Positions 25,866-38,284 of a stretch of 43,811 nucleotides of DNA are shown in pieces. Within the stretch, counting starts at the first letter, position 1, and each line of letters begins with the position of its first letter. The notes beneath the pieces are model-generated. The model worked only from the letters and a program-made list of their open reading frames with translations. It searched no databases and had not been told where the DNA came from. The position numbers and the translations under genes were made by a program. Source of the DNA: Octopus bimaculoides (lineage: Eukaryota). The DNA is taken from assembly GCF_001194135.2 (NCBI RefSeq), contig NC_069005.1:3530699-3574509 (forward strand), read 5' to 3'.

Positions 25866-28441
25866 GCGATGGATTTCTTCTCCACTTTTTATATAAAAAA
25901 GTGGAGATCCCTCATCAAATTTAGCTCTCAGGTCATACATCAAACTGAGATACCACGTTTTCGCTCGAGAGGCAGCGCATATGTTTCTAATTTGTAACCA
26001 AGAAGATATGCAGTGAAATTTTTAACACATTATCTATGCTTGGATCCATAACTCATGGAAAAGTTAATTCGTGAACTCCAGAGGAAACAAATCTCTGTGT
26101 TATTCATGCATAAAATCGTTAGTGATCTGAAAATATACGTAATTTTCGATCTGCTTGCAAATACGATTGCTGTTCTTGTCATAGCCAGCATTCTGCTTTC
26201 ACGAAATGTAAACTATTCATAATCCATAGATGATCATTATTATTGATCCTCACTGAACTATCTTTGATCAACGGTTGTCATCACATCAATGAGGATCACA
26301 TGATTTATATATAACAGAATAGTAATTTTAATGGATACAATCATAATCATCGTTGATCCAAACATGAAGATTACTAGTTATCCGTCTATTAATATCGGTT
26401 GTATCCAGGCTTATACACCATTTATGATCAGCTCATAAGTATCATAAATTTTCCAGTCACAAACATCTTTCATGATCCAAAATTAAATACTATTTATACC
26501 CTGTTACCGTGGAGCATTTATCATGCAAGATACATACAAAAATTCTGAGCCACATTTTAAATATTGTTTAGTTCCAAGGATCTAAAGTAGACAGTGCTTT
26601 AATTTTGGTTGTTTATCCAGATGATCGGATAATCATGCAAATGTAGACACCAGTAGTAGCTGTTTTTGTGAAAGAAAGAACCCAAGTGCTATCTACAAAT
26701 TAAATTCGATCTCCATCCAGATTTAAAAAAGAAAATCTAAATAGCTTTTATTTCACCAGTATGCTTTTAAAGCATTCTTCCCTGCCTTGAATTCTAAAAT
26801 ATACGTTCGGATTTTCGATATGTGTTAGACAATATGTATTTGACTTACATTCAAAGAATGATGTTGGAGATGAAGGCAAGATATAAGATGCATTTATTTA
26901 TGGGTTTTATTCTATTACGTTAATACGACTGATATTATCGTATTTGAAGAAAGATGTCGAGTATTAAACGTTCATTTGACGATTACATCATAACACCAAA
27001 CTATGATAGCATCTAGCATATCCACATCCACGAACAGATATTAATACTTTAGCCACAACAAAGAGATTATAAACTTCCGTGTTCACTATCAATTCGACAA
27101 CATTATCAGAACTGCCAACCCAACCACAGTCACACACATGTTGTCTATATGTACACATACACACGCACATGTATATATGTACACAAACACACATATATAA
27201 TTCCCATGCAACTGCCCTTATTACAACATCATGATAACTTCGCCAGTATTACAGCATCATACCATTGGTATAGAGATTAGTGTTGTATGTGGTATGGATG
27301 TTGTGGTGGCGGTGGTACCTCGCTTTCATGTAAATATAACGTTGGATACTTAGAAGCTACTGCCGAATATTCGAGAACGCATGTCCAATTTTTCAAACCA
27401 AAATTTACCCGCAAAAGATGTTGGTCATTTTATACATCGCGACGAGTTTGCAAGACTCAAAACTACATTTGAAGTGCAGCAGGACCTGAATGATTACGAT
27501 GATATTTAAAAGCTTACACTTTATTCTAAATCGGCGGAAAATAGGATACGTTCTCTTTTTTCTTTCGTCTTCTGATTGACTTCGAAATGTGTCGTTTGTT
27601 GAAGTGACGTTTCAGTTTAGAGTTATCCATTCACAACCGCATACTTCTATGCACGTACCGTATTTTTCTCTTGTATTTCATACAACTTTAAACAAATCAA
27701 ATATTTCAGACCAAAATTCACTGTCAAATATGGTAGGTGGACAAACATACCAATAGAAATTTAGTGCAACATATATTCCGATGATTCCCTGGAACACTCA
27801 GTAAGATTTGAAAATATAATAACGACGTTTACACTATGTTTACACTACAAAGTATGTCAACTTCAATGACGGAAAATAGGGTATATCTTCATTCTGAAAA
27901 TAACAACATATCTACACATTTGATCATGGACGTCCGTGATTAAGCGATCAAATCTATGATAGCAGCAGCGATAGCATCACATTTGTAAGTTATCTTCGTG
28001 AAACATTAAGCAAACCGTAAAATCTCAATAGCAGCAATGATATTATAACAGTCAATATTAACACTATTACGAACGCTAGGAAAATTACAACAGCTATAAG
28101 AGACAAACACGCATGAAACACTAGAGTCTTGGTTACAATTTTTTGATGCAATATCCTCATGTAATTCTTATACTATAAATATTATCATGCGTCAAAAATA
28201 ACATTATTACTTCGTTACAACAAGGACGTCGCTACACACTCATTGCAAACTAATACTGCTCCAACATATACAAACTCCAACATATAAATATTTTAATCAA
28301 TTACAATCTCCTTAGCCGCAAAAGAACCATAGAAACGTGTCGAACACCGTACACAGCATACGATAGTTACAACAACCATATACGAACAGTATGTTAAGAA
28401 GCTCGCCATAAAAACACCACCATAGAAAATTCCTCTCACAC

Positions 28442-28790
<349 letters not shown>

Positions 28791-29619
28791 ACCTGAACAT
28801 CGCAGTATTTCTCTAAAATAAAACTTTAAAATAATGTTCATAAACAGATAAATAAATAATGAAATAAAATATAATCTTGGAAGTTTCGACTGCAAGAAAC
28901 CAGAAGAAAAAGACAGAAATATATTTTAGGAAAGGCAGAGAAACAGAGAGAGGGAGAGGGACAGAGAGAAAGAGTCTATGATTAACGGTAGCATAGATCT
29001 AAAAGGAGGAAGAAACAGTTATAAAAACGTATGTAGGAAAAGATAAAAGAGCTGAAAGAAGCAATGATAACAAACTCTGTACAAGAAGTAATGATGGCAA
29101 AGATAAGAGATAAGAGATAATATGATATAAAATAGTGGCAGTGAGGTAAAAGATAACAGTTAAAAGATCAATCAAGAGGTTGAAGATAACAATATTAACA
29201 CTAAATGTCTCAGAGTCTAAAGTAAATATACAAAAAATATATATGTATTAGTTCAAATATTAACTCCCTTGTTAACACACGTAACAGTCGTTAGCTCTGA
29301 ACAGCTATTAACTATTTTCAAACTTAATAAGAGAATAGCTTCTTCTAAAATACCCTCACAATAGCAGTAAAATGTGACTTCCAAACTGCTAATTGAAGTT
29401 GTTCGAAAATATGGTTAAGATAGTAGGTATATCAGCATAAAATGTATTAAAAAATATTCATAACCTACCTAAAATATGTATTATTTTATTAGGAATTGCT
29501 CGATTAAAAGTAAAATTAAAAGGATATAGTATTTGACACTTGCTGAAAATTGTGTCGTAAATTGGTAAATGAATTAGTAGTATTTTTCGGATTTTTGTCC
29601 CAAAGCCAGTAAACCTGAT

Positions 29620-29760
29620 GGCAGGGGAAACGCCATTACATCGAGATCATTGTCCAAATGGTACTTACTTCACGGTTTCGCCCTTAAAAGCAATGCTACA
29701 AGAAGTGCCACTGGCTATTATTTTCCGGCCTGCTAATAATTCTACAAGCGTGCCGCCCTG
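29620..29760 (-). mobile_element. SINE family B, highly decayed
   Basis: ggggaaacgccattacatcgag...aaatggtacttacttc and ttttccggcctgctaataattctacaagcgtgccgccc correspond to the tail and head blocks of family B. Confidence 0.5.
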
Positions 29761-29769
29761 AAATATAAA

Positions 29770-29953
29770 TAAGCAATCCTTTCTACTATAGGCACAAGAC
29801 CTGGAATTTGAGAGGAAGTACTTAATTTATTGATAACGAAAGGATAAAAGGCAAAGTCGACCTCGGTGGATTTTGAACCCAGAACTTAAAGGCATACGAA
29901 ATGCCGCTAAGCATTTTAACCGGAGTGCCGACGCTTCTTCTAGCTCGCTGCTT
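29770..29953 (-). mobile_element. SINE family B, well preserved
   Basis: ggataaaaggcaaagtcgacctcggtggattttgaacccagaac...gaaatgccgctaagcatttt...agctcgctgc. Confidence 0.9.
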
Positions 29954-29994
29954 TATAAATGATAAATAGCGGTTTCAGATTATAACTGAGACCA

Positions 29995-30160
29995 CTATTT
30001 TTAAGAAAGGATCGGTGTCTATTATTGCGTTCAAATGATACTTATCATATTGACTCACAAATTATGACTCTGGAGTAATTCGAAAACGAGGCATAAAGGG
30101 CCAGAAGAAGAATCTGTAAAAAATTATATCCATGCTGCCAAAACACCGACTGGATAAAAA
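29995..30160 (-). mobile_element. SINE family B, highly decayed
   Basis: gttcaaatgatacttatcatattgac...aattcgaaaacgaggcataaagggccagaag is collinear with family B. Confidence 0.45.
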
Positions 30161-30189
30161 TATTGTCTGCTACATACTCAAAGGAACGA

Positions 30190-30335
30190 TAGTCGGTTAC
30201 ATCAATGACACCGCTCTCTTGGTACTTATTCCATCGACCAAAAATGTTTGAAATGCAATGACGACTTCGACGACATTTGAACTTATAACATAAAGACGGA
30301 ACAAATACCGCTAGGTATTTTGTCCGGCAAGCTAA
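30190..30335 (-). mobile_element. SINE family B, decayed
   Basis: gtcggttacatc...ttggtacttattccatcgacc...gacgacttcgacgacatttgaactt...taaagacggaacaaataccgctaggtattttgtccggc. Confidence 0.7.
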
Positions 30336-30415
30336 GATGTAAATAATAAATACTGATTTTAAATGTTAATTAAAACCAGCAAATTTAATAAGGCTTTTTC
30401 TTTTTTTTTACTTAG

Positions 30416-30427
30416 ATATAAGAGAAG
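30416..30427 (+). CDS. Candidate 12-nt frame-preserving microexon (phase 1/1: xIRE), possibly a LAR-type RPTP mini-exon B
   Basis: tttaat (30384-30389) ... ctttttctttttttttacttAG | ATATAAGAGAAG | GTAAGC. It has a long pyrimidine tract, a near-consensus donor and a length divisible by 3. The identity of the host gene is inference only. Confidence 0.5.
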
Positions 30428-30691
30428 GTAAGCCCCTTGATCTATTTTGCCCCTGTTATATATATAAGATAGCAATTTATTCCGGAAGTGTTATAAATGG
30501 AATCCAACAAATGCATTTACCAGTTGTTGCTGGTCTATATTTCATTCATCTCCTTGCTTTCGAAAAGAATGAAGAATAAAATATAAGCAAACACCGCTGC
30601 ATTTGTTTATTTGGTTGTATCAATTACGATTCTTCCTAAATATTATAACACATAATATAACACAATACAGCATACTACAATATCTATGTGC

Positions 30692-30726
<35 letters not shown>

Positions 30727-32174
30727 TAAGCTTGTGTGTGCGTGCGTGTGTGTGTATGTGTGTATACACCCATGGTGGTAGATGGATGGTAAGAGCAATC
30801 CTGATGTGTATCAACAATATATGTAAGGCATGTGAATACATTGTAGGTAAGTAGCATACATACTAAAGACTAATGAGAATAGGATCTCACATATGTAACA
30901 TGCACATTGCAAGACTATCGTTGCTATCAGTAGACAGAAACTGACTATATATAAGGGATAGGTTCCAATATCAAAAACGAAATAACACAAAAGGAACAAG
31001 TTAACTCCAATAAGATCTGGTGATTGAAAATTTTGCACAATATAGACAATGTAGCTATAACAATGGATTGGCAGCAATGTTCATGATTCATACTGCCTTC
31101 TAATAACTGTAATTTACAATGCCAAACACGAGTTGCGAAACTAAATTCACTCCAATAATAAAAGAGATGCAGTTGTATAATAAACCACTGTATTTTAGAG
31201 CTCTTTCTGGCATTTGCCTCATCTGAGATTAGTTTTTCCACTTTTTTATGATGCACAGATCTATATTAAGACACCGGTATTCATCCAATATACTGCTGTA
31301 TATTTTATCTATTTTTTTATATCTTATTTAACATATATCTAAAGGTTTCTCTCTGAGATCGATAAACACTTCTATAATAGCAAAGTGTTCAATCAGCTGT
31401 TTAAAAGAAAGATCATAAATCCGAAATTCAGTCACATGTTATACGTTCCCAGAAACAGAAACTAATACAATGCAAGAATCACATGATCAAATGCTGATGC
31501 TATTGACCAGATATGCAACTATCGTAATAAAGAATGCAGTCCCTTAAAGGGAAGTGCCTCCTAAAGAATATAATACCAGCTACACATCTTTTATGGTATA
31601 TCCGTTTGAAAACATTACTCGATCAGGAAAACAGCTCGTTCAGGCAAAGTTCTATATTATGTAACATTGCATTATCGAAATTACTTCCGGAGTAAGCATG
31701 AGATAACGGAAGTAAATTGAATATAGAATTGTAGATCTTTGAATCATAAATGGGATTCGGAAATATAATCTTGGCATCATAAAGAAACTTTATATAATCC
31801 TGTCCAGCATCCCGAATCTAACTCAAATCTCTCGACCCTTTTCGAGCTGGCAATTTAATACCGAATTCATATGGAAGAATTTAAGGAATGAAGACCATGA
31901 AATGCGAAGTGCTCAGATAGCATCATAATGCACATTACTATTGAATATCGTTGCAGCGCATTCCCAAATACACAGTCCACGTACAAAACATGGTAAATGA
32001 ATAAAAAAAAAAGTTTTAAAAACGGAGTGTCAGTCATGGCATAGAAAATTCATCCCTACCTCCACCAACTATATCCCTTCATCTTATCACAAACAACTAA
32101 AAATAATACAAAAAAACGATACTTCACCTCATTAGAGTTTAACTTAAACCACGCCCATGTCGAACGAAATATAA

Positions 32175-32208
<34 letters not shown>

Positions 32209-32210
<2 letters not shown>

Positions 32211-32640
32211 GGAGTTAGCACATAGATGTGAAACAAGGTGGAAAAAAGAGTACTCAAATACCAGAGGTAGTTTAATATGCTTTATTTAGAAGCAGCAGAA
32301 ATTTAACAAAAGCTGTCCGACGAACAGGAATGTAACACTCTTTGCAAAGTTTTGGGTAATGGACATACAATGCTACCCAATAATTATGTAGTGACGGCAT
32401 TATTCCAAGACGTTCAGAACCCAAGATCACGTCATAGAATAGCTAATTGGTGGGCCAATCAGACACAGAGTTACAGTTACGGGAAAGCGGGAGGCACATC
32501 TGCTGATCAAAGATCTGCACGTATGTGTTGGAAGAGGGCTTTCTAGAGCATTTGGGTTCGTGAGAACTGAAAGCCAAAAACTGTATGTGATTGGGTGTAT
32601 GTACATGTTCATACACATATCACTTATTTGCAAATACAAG
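32209..32640 (-). mobile_element. Probable Penelope-like element terminal fragment
   Basis: A non-simple tract starting at a (TA)n junction. It has an AATAAA-like signal on the minus strand (tttatt at 32281) and a hammerhead-like core at 32317-32333. It resembles a high-copy Octopus repeat as I remember it, which I have not verified. Confidence 0.35.
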
Positions 32641-33664
32641 CCATAATATGTTTATGGTCAAAAGATGTCAGGCGCTGCTGTTTATCAAGAATACTGAGAA
32701 TGGTTTGTGAATCTCGTGAAAGAGAATATTGAACATTAAAGCTATATAGATAATGAAAAAAAATAATAAATGAATAAAATGTAGAAATGAAGTTTGAAAC
32801 TAAGATAGACAAAACAACAGCAACAATAAAAGAGCGACCTGATAAAAAAATGTTTGAAATATAGCTTATATGTTGTATATACATTTAATGTGTTTTTTTA
32901 TAGACTTTGGGGAAAAATTTGGTCATATTAGGTAAAAATACAAATTTGAAAAGTTTGAATGTCGGAAAAAACACAGACAATGTGTGATGAAATGAAATGG
33001 AGCCAAAAGAGAAAAAACTATGAAAAACGAAAATAAAATTTCATTCTTTCAGGAGAAATTTCAGGAATGCCAAGATTTAATAAATGGTATTCTTTAGAAA
33101 GTCTTCGGAAACCAAGTAATTAAAGAAATGTGTAGAGCAATGGGGAAGACAGTCAACAGATATGGAATTAGTGAAAGAATCCAGGAGTGTTTGCAAATGT
33201 TGATTACTTTTTTTGCTGCCTTCGAGTGTTGAAGAGTAAAGGAATTCAGCCGTTCCAGAAAATGAGTCGCCTATTGACGGGGTCAGAAAGTAAGTCGGGA
33301 ATTCGGAACAAATAATGGACGAAAGTAAAGAACTTGATTGAAAGGAACAGCACGTGGATGAGGTAGTTACACTCATGATGCCAGATCTATGAACAGAAGT
33401 GTCTGGAGAAAGACAAGATGGTCGTGTGAGGAAGACAGAAAAAAAGCAGTGTTGGTAGTTATGAGGAGATGAAGACAAAAGGGTTACTGAGATATAAAGT
33501 AGAGTAGTAAATGGGTATTAATATTGTTATACTCTTGTCAATTATAATCAAGAGCATTCCACCAGTATACATCAAATTTATAATCACATTCTGGCACATT
33601 GTAGGCTAATTATGGACCATGTTATAAGCTCATTGTGAACTATTTATAGATTCATTATGATCGA

Positions 33665-33800
33665 AAGTTTCACTTCACACAAGCATGGTCTAAGTTTAGA
33701 ACCTACTTCGTAGCTTTCTGGGCAAATGTCATTTTCTGTAGCCATGGGTCGACCCTTCCCATAAAACAATTCTATACAACTGTATAGAAGCCTGAAATTG
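33665..33800 (+). mobile_element. SINE family A, decayed 5' half
   Basis: catggtc...ctgggcaaatgtcattttctgtagccatgggtcgacc...aactgtatagaagcctg is collinear with 23655-23775. Confidence 0.5.
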
Positions 33801-34135
33801 TCATTGAAATGTAGTCGTTTGTCCATTCACTGAGCCACGTCGATTCTTCCACAGAATTACATTAAGGCCAATTTTAGGTTAATTCAAGGGAGATAACAGA
33901 GTTAATCGAAAAGCTAAATACTCACAGAAAAAAACATGTACATGATAACACTTCCAATCAGTTAAGATCAGAAGCCATGAGTGCTACTGCCTGCGATACT
34001 TATATTAAGCCTACTAGATCTTATCACAGACGTTTGTTGTGTTCTCTTTGTATCAATCGAAGGATCTCATTCTGGTTTTTCGATTGTGGAATAACATGCT
34101 AGCCAAAGCACTGCATGTGGTGCTAATGAGGCAGC

Positions 34136-34166
<31 letters not shown>

Positions 34167-34408
34167 NNNNNNNNNNNNNNNNNNNNNNNNNNNNNNNNNN
34201 NNNNNNNNNNNNNNNNNNNNNNNNNNNNNNNNNNNNNNNNNNNNNNNNNNNNNNNNNNNNNNNNNNNNNNNNNNNNNNNNNNNNNNNNNNNNNNNNNNNN
34301 NNNNNNNNNNNNNNNNNNNNNNNNNNNNNNNNNNNNNNNNNNNNNNNNNNNNNNNNNNNNNNNNNNNNNNNNNNNNNNNNNNNNNNNNNNNNNNNNNNNN
34401 NNNNNNNN

Positions 34409-34451
<43 letters not shown>

Positions 34452-35141
34452 ATGTGATGTGTGTCTGTGGGTGTGTATGTATATATCTAAATGTATATAT
34501 ATATATGTGTGTGTATATACATATACATATACATACACAGGGAGAGAGATATGTATACATATATGTATGTTTGTATTTATACACGTTTATACATATACAC
34601 ATATTATACACACACGCATGCCTTGATATGTACTTGACTGATCATATGATAGTTATAGTTGAAAGAAGACATACGTATTCATGGGTAATAATGGTGCATA
34701 TGACATACATACAGTAATTATAAATTATAATTTATTAAATGTCTCGGTGCTTATTGAAAATAATTTAATAAATACTAATTTCCCAAAGAGAAAAAAATAT
34801 CTAGTTCCATACGTTGTAATTACATAAAACAACATTCAAATTTTTAAAAAATAATAATAATTGGAAACAGAATTACTCTGGTGTTGAATTTTATTTTGGA
34901 CTTTTACCCATCTTCTGATTCTTTGTCGCTTTCCTCCTCACCCCATCTCTNNNNNNNNNNNNNNNNNNNNNNNNNNNNNNNNNNNNNNNNNNNNNNNNNN
35001 NNNNNNNNNNNNNNNNNNNNNNNNNNNNNNNNNNNNNNNNNNNNNNNNNNNNNNNNNNNNNNNNNNNNNNNNNNNNNNNNNNNNNNNNNNNNNNNNNNNN
35101 NNNNNNNNNNNNNNNNNNNNNNNNNNNNNNNNNNNNNNNNN

Positions 35142-35186
<45 letters not shown>

Positions 35187-35375
35187 ACAGACACATAAAC
35201 ATTTGCATGCGTCTCCGCTCTCACTCTATTAATCTGTCTCCCACAGTGCACGTGTGTATACGTTGGTTGTGTGAGTGTGTGTGTGAGTGAGCATCTATGC
35301 GTTGCGTTCATTTACTCATTGCAAGCTTAATAAAGGCCCTTGTCTTATTCCTTTTATGTTAACTGCCTCTTCATT

Positions 35376-35413
<38 letters not shown>

Positions 35414-36170
35414 ACTCTCTCTGTTCCTCTCTATAAGCATGACTGGAGAATCAACCAACCAAGCGACCAACCAACCAAGCAAACAATATTTATATCGGTT
35501 ATCATTCTTTAGAGATATTAAGCACGCTGTATTGAAACTCAATTAAAAAAAAAAAATCTCATTTGGCATGCTTTATAAGTGGGGACAAATATAATAGTTA
35601 TAAAAACGATAAAAATAACAGCTTTGTCTCTTACGCCATGTGCAATTTGAATATGCTTCAGTAAACTTTATAAAATACACGATTCTACAAAAAAAAATGT
35701 AACAAGATACTTAGAAAATTACAATTGTATAATAGAAAAAGCGCAACAAACTTAAAACTGTTGTTGCTTTTCTATTGTTTTATTGCCAGTATATTGTATA
35801 TAATATTTTGAAACTAGTTCTGATATTGATGATTTTGGCGTTGTTCTTCTTTGCTGATGTCAAATATTGTATATAGAACAGTATAATTTCAATAGATTTG
35901 TACATTATTCATTGGGAAAAATTTCAATTCTATTTTATCTAAGGAAGAAATAAAAAAGCAAGAACTCAAGACACTTGTAATGAAATTATGTTTAAGAAAT
36001 CTGTCAACAACCACAACGAAAGTTAGATTATAAACACGAATACGACACAGAAAATTAACAAAGAAACTAAAAACTCTTTTGTTTGCTAGTATAGAATGGT
36101 AAAACAACGGAAAATTAACAGAATACAAATAGTGAGAGTTTTCCTCTGCAGCTTCACTTATAAGAATTAT

Positions 36171-36224
36171 AAACCATCAATCTCGTACACACTACTGCAG
36201 TAGTGTGTACGAGATTGATGGTTT
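36171..36224. repeat. Perfect 54-bp palindrome, no spacer
   Basis: aaaccatcaatctcgtacacactactg|cagtagtgtgtacgagattgatggttt, checked base by base. Confidence 0.95.
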
Positions 36225-36499
36225 TAATAGACATGTACGCCGTATCTCATTCCACCAACAACTCATGTTAGATAAAGAGCAATACTCTATAACTGTATAC
36301 TATAGAATAAAATGCTGGATATTCAATATACCTGAAAAATAAATGGTATGTTTATTGGTGGTATGAGTTTAGGTGTAGGTCTATTTCATAAGAATCTTTT
36401 AGAAGATATACAACACGGAACAGTAACACAAAAATAAACATTTCATATTTTCAAATGTTCAACCTTAAGAAATATATGTAGCATCTTAAGCATCAATAA

Positions 36500-36745
36500 T
36501 CGCCACCACCACCACCACCACCACCACCACCATCACCAATGCCGCCATTACAAGCACCACCAATATTATTGCTCTCATTACCGCCATCGTCGTCCTAATC
36601 ATTGCTGCCGTTATAGCCGCGGCCATTGTCATCGTCTTCGTAGTCGTCGTCATCGACAGATTCAACGTGTTTATCACCACCATCATCATCGCTATCAACA
36701 TGAAAATCAATGTTAACATCCTCATCAACATAATGATCAATATTA
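36500..36745. repeat. Degenerate (CCA/CAT/CGC/CAA)n trinucleotide tract
   Basis: Direct reading; it explains ORF 36486..36740. Confidence 0.85.
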
Positions 36746-37468
36746 CGACGAAAGAAATCAGAGGAACTCTCTATGATTAATTAACAGCCGAGTTACAGAC
36801 AGTAAGAAACGAAAAGTCAAAAAGCTGGGTAACAAAAAAAACAACAACATCAATACGACAAAAATTAATAATTCCAACGACGTTTAAAGAAAAACACAAC
36901 AAAAGCATCATGAACAATGAAAGGGAAGAAGACAGTTGAACAAAACAGTATGTAATGTTAATAAGTATGATAATAATTATTTGTTTATATGCAACAAAGC
37001 TTAAAAACAATATCTTATTATTTATACAAAACAATGTCGTAGCAAGAAAAACGATTTCTTTATTTCATATATAGTACATATAAAACATATATATATATAT
37101 ATANNNNNNNNNNNNNNNNNNNNNNNNNNNNNNNNNNNNNNNNNNNNNNNNNNNNNNNNNNNNNNNNNNNNNNNNNNNNNNNNNNNNNNNNNNNNNNNNN
37201 NNNNNNNNNNNNNNNNNNNNNNNNNNNNNNNNNNNNNNNNNNNNNNNNNNNNNNNNNNNNNNNNNNNNNNNNNNNNNNNNNNNNNNNNNNNNNNNNNNNN
37301 NNNNNNNNNNNNNNNNNNNNNNNNNNNNNNNNNNNNNNNNNNNNNNNNNNNNNNNNNNNNNNNNNNNNNNNNNNNNNNNNNNNNNNNNNNNNNNNNNNNN
37401 NNNNNNNNNNNNNNNNNNNNNNNNNNNNNNNNNNNNNNNNNNNNNNNNNNNNNNNNNNNNNNNNNNNN

Positions 37469-37513
<45 letters not shown>

Positions 37514-37764
37514 AGAACAGGACGAGATTTAGTACAGAAGCATTTCACTAACTAATGACGATAAGAAATTGGGGTTAAAATTTCCGACCATCAAACACGA
37601 TAAAAACAATTGTAACAAAATGAAACGTTAATTGTCAATAGCAGGAAAAAGCTACTATATAATACGTGGAAGTTTCCTACATTCCATGCATGTAAAAATG
37701 TTAGTGTGAACATAATCAAAAGTGCAGATGTGACTGTCGTTTGATTTCGGTTTCTGTCTCACTT

Positions 37765-38100
37765 CATGGCAATTTGGAGAATTTTCATCTACGATAGTCA
37801 CTGGTCTACCATACACTAGTATGTAGAGATGGTAGTTGGAACGGGCAAAAGGCTCTGAATATATGTTTATGCATCTGTGATTGCGTTTGTGTGTTTGATT
37901 GCGTGTCTCTACTCCGCAGCAGTCAATGTTGATCTATTTACACCCATATAACTAAGTCCTTCGGCCTAACATACGATAGGGTACGTAGCTGGCTTTAAAG
38001 AAATGTGTTGATTACTAAGTTGGCATTATTCCTCTACAAACTTCCAACTTTATACCCCAGAATTGTCACCATCGAATGACTAAAGCAAGTAGAAATCAAA
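37765..38100 (+). mobile_element. SINE family A, highly decayed full-length copy
   Basis: catctacgatagtcactggtctacc...ggtagttggaac...aatgttgatctatttac...taactaagtccttcggc...aatgactaaagcaagtag follows family A block order. Confidence 0.45.
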
Positions 38101-38284
38101 TATTACTTTGCCTGTAACATACCAATGTAAACAACACTGTCCAATTAGTATATGAAAAAAAAGGGCATTTTACGAATATGGTTGAAATACGTAACTCGAC
38201 TCATTACATAATAGGTGCGTATCTGTTTACGGAAATGATTATATGCAAATAAAATTGTATTGCTTAAACAGTTATCTAAATGTG

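Noticed and set aside
27350-27508. 51-codon plus-strand open frame KLLPNIRERMSNF...DLNDYDDI*
   Set aside because: The composition is protein-like, but the acceptor is weak, I recognise no homology, and the length is within chance expectation.
33053-33086. Possible 34-nt exon ttctttcag|...aaatg|gtattc
   Set aside because: Frame-shifting length, a mediocre donor and no supporting peptide identity.
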